A stretch of DNA of 62,037 nucleotides, from positions 1 to 62,037 of the forward strand of contig PWGX01000006.1 of assembly GCA_003554615.1 (NCBI GenBank), in the 5' to 3' direction. Below the pieces are notes generated by a model. That model was not told where the DNA came from, ran no database searches, and saw only the letters and a list, made by a program, of their open reading frames with translations. Position numbers and translations under genes: made by a program. This stretch comes from Syntrophomonadaceae bacterium (GTDB lineage: Bacteria > Bacillota > Dethiobacteria > DTU022). This document shows, piece after piece, positions 58,776-62,037 of this stretch (the stretch's first letter is position 1; every line of letters starts with the position of its first letter).

Positions 58776-59336
58776 TTAAACTTCCATTATTTCTGATTCT
58801 TTGGCTTCCAGGATCTTGTCTATCTCTTCTATCTTCTGATCGGTAAGTTCCTGGATGCTGTCCTGGGACCGCCTGCTTTCATCTTCAGAAATATCGCTGT
58901 TTTTTTCTAATTTTTTAATCTCATCGTTGGCGTCACGGCGAATATTGCGCACAGACACCCTTCCTTCTTCCGCTTTTTTGCGGACATACTTAACCAGCTC
59001 TTTGCGACGTTCCTCAGTTAACTCCGGAATATTCAGCCTGATCACGTTGCCGTCATTGCTCGGCATCAACCCGAGATCAGACTTCATGATCGCCTTCTCA
59101 ATTTCAGGCATAGCCTGTTTGTCCCAGGGCTGAACCACCAGCAGCCGCGGCTCAGGAGCGCTAATCCCGGCCAGCTGGTTTAACGGTGTCTGCACACCGT
59201 AATAATCAACCTCAATCCGGTCCAGCAGCGAAGGTGTTGCCCTTCCCGCCCTCAGTGTCGACAGTTCACGCTGAAAAGCGGCAATTGCTTTTTCCATTTT
59301 TGCTTCGGCATCAGCATAAATATCATCTGTCATCAA
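58776..59336 (-). CDS. frr: Ribosome recycling factor
   Basis: [31 protein letters not shown]. Confidence 0.97.
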   Translation of the reverse strand: MMTDDIYADAEAKMEKAIAAFQRELSTLRAGRATPSLLDRIEVDYYGVQTPLNQLAGISAPEPRLLVVQPWDKQAMPEIEKAIMKSDLGLMPSNDGNVIRLNIPELTEERRKELVKYVRKKAEEGRVSVRNIRRDANDEIKKLEKNSDISEDESRRSQDSIQELTDQKIEEIDKILEAKESEIMEV

Positions 59337-60074
<738 letters not shown>

Positions 60075-60141
60075 TTAAAGGTTCGACAAATCACCATGTA
60101 ACCCTTCAACCTCCACAATTTTTTTGGAACTGACAATGCGT

Positions 60142-60172
60142 AAAAAAAAGAACACTTTGCAGTGTTCTTTTT
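60142..60172 (-). terminator. Intrinsic terminator after tsf
   Basis: AAGAACAC-TTTGCA-GTGTTCTT flanked by A and T runs. Confidence 0.75.
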
Positions 60173-60178
60173 CCCTGT

Positions 60179-60808
60179 TTAATTTTCGCAGCCGTCTGAG
60201 CTGTCCGTCTCCAACCCCTCGCCGACTTCGAAGCGGCTGAAACGCTTGATCACTATATTTTCGCCGATCCTGGCGATTAAATCAGTTAAGAGCTCGCTGA
60301 TCGTAATATCTTCATTCTTGACATAGGCCTGCTCCAGCAAACAGTTTTCCTTGTAATACTTGTCAATCCGGCCATCGACAATTTTATCAATCACTTTTTC
60401 GGGTTTGCCTTCATGCAGGGCCTGGGCTTTGATGACCTGGCGTTCACTCTCCAGCACGCTTTCCGGAACGTCTTCCCTGCTCAGGTAAGACGGATTTGTT
60501 GCCGCTACCTGGAGGCAGATGTTCCGGGTGAACTCGCGGAAATCATCGTTGCGGGCCACAAAATCTGTTTCACAGTTCACTTCCACCAAAACCCCAATTT
60601 TGCCGCCTAAATGTATGTATGAGTCAACAATCCCCTGGTTGGCAGCCTTGCCGGCTCGCTTGGCAGCCTTGGCCAAACCTTTTTCTCTCAGGGCGTTTAC
60701 TGCTTTTTCTTCGTCTCCACCGGCTTCCTGCAAAGCTTTCTTGCAGTCCATCATTCCGGCGCCGGTTTTTTCACGCAAAGCTTTGACTACCTGGGCATCG
60801 ATATGCAT
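60179..60808 (-). CDS. tsf: Elongation factor Ts (short form)
   Basis: VKALREKTGAGMMDCKKAL, EVNCETDFVA; start placed at MHIDAQ. Confidence 0.96.
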   Translation of the reverse strand: MHIDAQVVKALREKTGAGMMDCKKALQEAGGDEEKAVNALREKGLAKAAKRAGKAANQGIVDSYIHLGGKIGVLVEVNCETDFVARNDDFREFTRNICLQVAATNPSYLSREDVPESVLESERQVIKAQALHEGKPEKVIDKIVDGRIDKYYKENCLLEQAYVKNEDITISELLTDLIARIGENIVIKRFSRFEVGEGLETDSSDGCEN

Positions 60809-60830
60809 CAAGTCACACTCCTCTATATAA

Positions 60831-61760
60831 TTACTTTTCTTCTTTTTCGCCGGGTCCCTCTGTTTCAGCGCTTTCGTCGGTTGTTTCTTCCTGTTCGGGT
60901 TCTTCAACTACCTGGGCAACAGGAATGGCTGAAATGTCTTCATCATCCACCGATAATTCCACTGCTTCTCTGTCCGGTTCCGGCTCCGGACCTTCGGCTG
61001 ATTGATCTGAACCACCAGTAGCCGTTATTTCTTCTTGTTCACCTGGGTCCTCTTGATCTTCCGCTTCCGGCTGTTCGCTGATCTGTTTACCTTCCAGTAC
61101 GGCATCGGCCATTACCGAGGTAATCAGCTTGACCGCCCTGATGGCGTCGTCGTTACCGGGGATGATGTAATCAATTTCATCGGGATCGCAGTTCGTATCT
61201 ACAATAGCTATAACCGGAATATCAAGTTTCCGGGCTTCAGCCACGGCAATTTTCTCTTTCCGCGGATCGGCAACATAAATGGCATCGGGAAGCTGCCTCA
61301 TATTGCGGATGCCGTTTAAAAACTTGTGGAGCCTCTCTTTTTCATTCTGCAGGGTGAGTACTTCTTTTTTGGTCAGGCGTTCGAAAGTACCGTCCGTTTC
61401 CATTTCTTCAAGCCTGAGCATGCGATTAATCCTTTTGCTGATCGTGTTGAAGTTGGTCAGCATCCCGCCCAGCCAGCGGTGATTCACATAGTGGGCTCCG
61501 CATCTTTCAGACTCAAAGCGGATCGATTCCTGGGCCTGTTTCTTGGTGCCGACAAATACGATGTTTCCTCCTTCGGCAACCAGGTCGCGCACAAAGTTGT
61601 AGGCCGTATCCAGAAGCCTGACTGTTTTTTGAAGGTCGATAATGTAGATTCCGTTTCGTTCGGTGAAGATATAATTCTTCATCTTCGGGTTCCACCGGCG
61701 GGTCTGGTGCCCGAAATGGACCCCCGCTTCCAATAACTGTTTCATACTTACTCTCGCCAC
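60831..61760 (-). CDS. rpsB: 30S ribosomal protein S2 with acidic C-terminal extension
   Basis: [37 protein letters not shown]. Confidence 0.98.
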   Translation of the reverse strand: MARVSMKQLLEAGVHFGHQTRRWNPKMKNYIFTERNGIYIIDLQKTVRLLDTAYNFVRDLVAEGGNIVFVGTKKQAQESIRFESERCGAHYVNHRWLGGMLTNFNTISKRINRMLRLEEMETDGTFERLTKKEVLTLQNEKERLHKFLNGIRNMRQLPDAIYVADPRKEKIAVAEARKLDIPVIAIVDTNCDPDEIDYIIPGNDDAIRAVKLITSVMADAVLEGKQISEQPEAEDQEDPGEQEEITATGGSDQSAEGPEPEPDREAVELSVDDEDISAIPVAQVVEEPEQEETTDESAETEGPGEKEEK

Positions 61761-61769
61761 AATAAGTTC

Positions 61770-61855
61770 CTCCTTTTGTTTTTACCGCCGCCCGCGTCAT
61801 AACCGTCATCCAAGCATGAAGCCAACCGGATCCGGCCTCGGCGAACGTGAGTATT
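61770..61855 (-). promoter_or_regulatory. rpsB (S2) leader RNA
   Basis: ACUCACG...GCGGGCGGCGGUAAAAAC before GGAGG resembles the S2 autoregulatory leader; upstream promoter TTGCCA-N17-TATACT (61900-61872). Confidence 0.55.
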
Positions 61856-62037
61856 TAAAATTACCAGAGGTAGTATAGCACAGTTCCTACAACATGGCAA
61901 TGCAAAAGTCAATCTTTCAGTTCTGACGCATGAAACTCTTTTAAGCAAGCGCAATCCTTGCGATCACCCTTCATGATAGCAGTAATTTCCAATTATTTCA
62001 CTTTATCCTTTCTCAACACTCTTTCGTGAAATCACTC

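Noticed and set aside
60809-60907. N-terminal extension of EF-Ts suggested by the ORF track
   Set aside because: Overlaps the rpsB 3' end; the ATG at 60808 has its own GAGGAG RBS and matches the normal EF-Ts start

Overview
Core-genome chromosomal segment of an anaerobic Bacillota (Clostridia-like; finer taxonomy cannot be determined from the window). It appears to span the replication terminus: a B. subtilis-type dif site lies at 16804-16831, and gene orientation changes from mostly + on the left to almost entirely - right of about 21 kb. Left arm: partial ROK protein, DedA, a ferredoxin / cobalamin-binding protein / diguanylate cyclase cluster, an alpha/beta hydrolase, then miaB-mutS-mutL-miaA-hfq-hflX, lexA and a Leu T-box-controlled leuA. 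Terminus region: an atypical catalytic-domain-only tyrosine recombinase with a C-terminal zinc ribbon directly beside dif, a BPL_N lipoprotein, CapA, a GT4 enzyme, tRNA-Gln(CUG) and several small unannotated ORFs. Right arm: gltX, Na+-decarboxylase beta/biotin carrier/delta genes, flavodoxin, PHP, spoVS-ymdB-rny-recX-recA-thpR-cinA-rimO-ftsK, a lipid kinase, bifunctional FBP aldolase/phosphatase, rnj, dut, pnp-rpsO-ribF-truB-nrnA-rbfA-infB-ylxR-nusA-rimP, GT2, ispG-rseP-dxr-cdsA-uppS-frr-pyrH-tsf-rpsB. No CRISPR array, rRNA, prophage or IS element was seen. The two most promising leads are the dif-adjacent recombinase locus and the putative B12 sensor coupled to c-di-GMP synthesis. All family assignments come from motif recognition by eye, not database searches.
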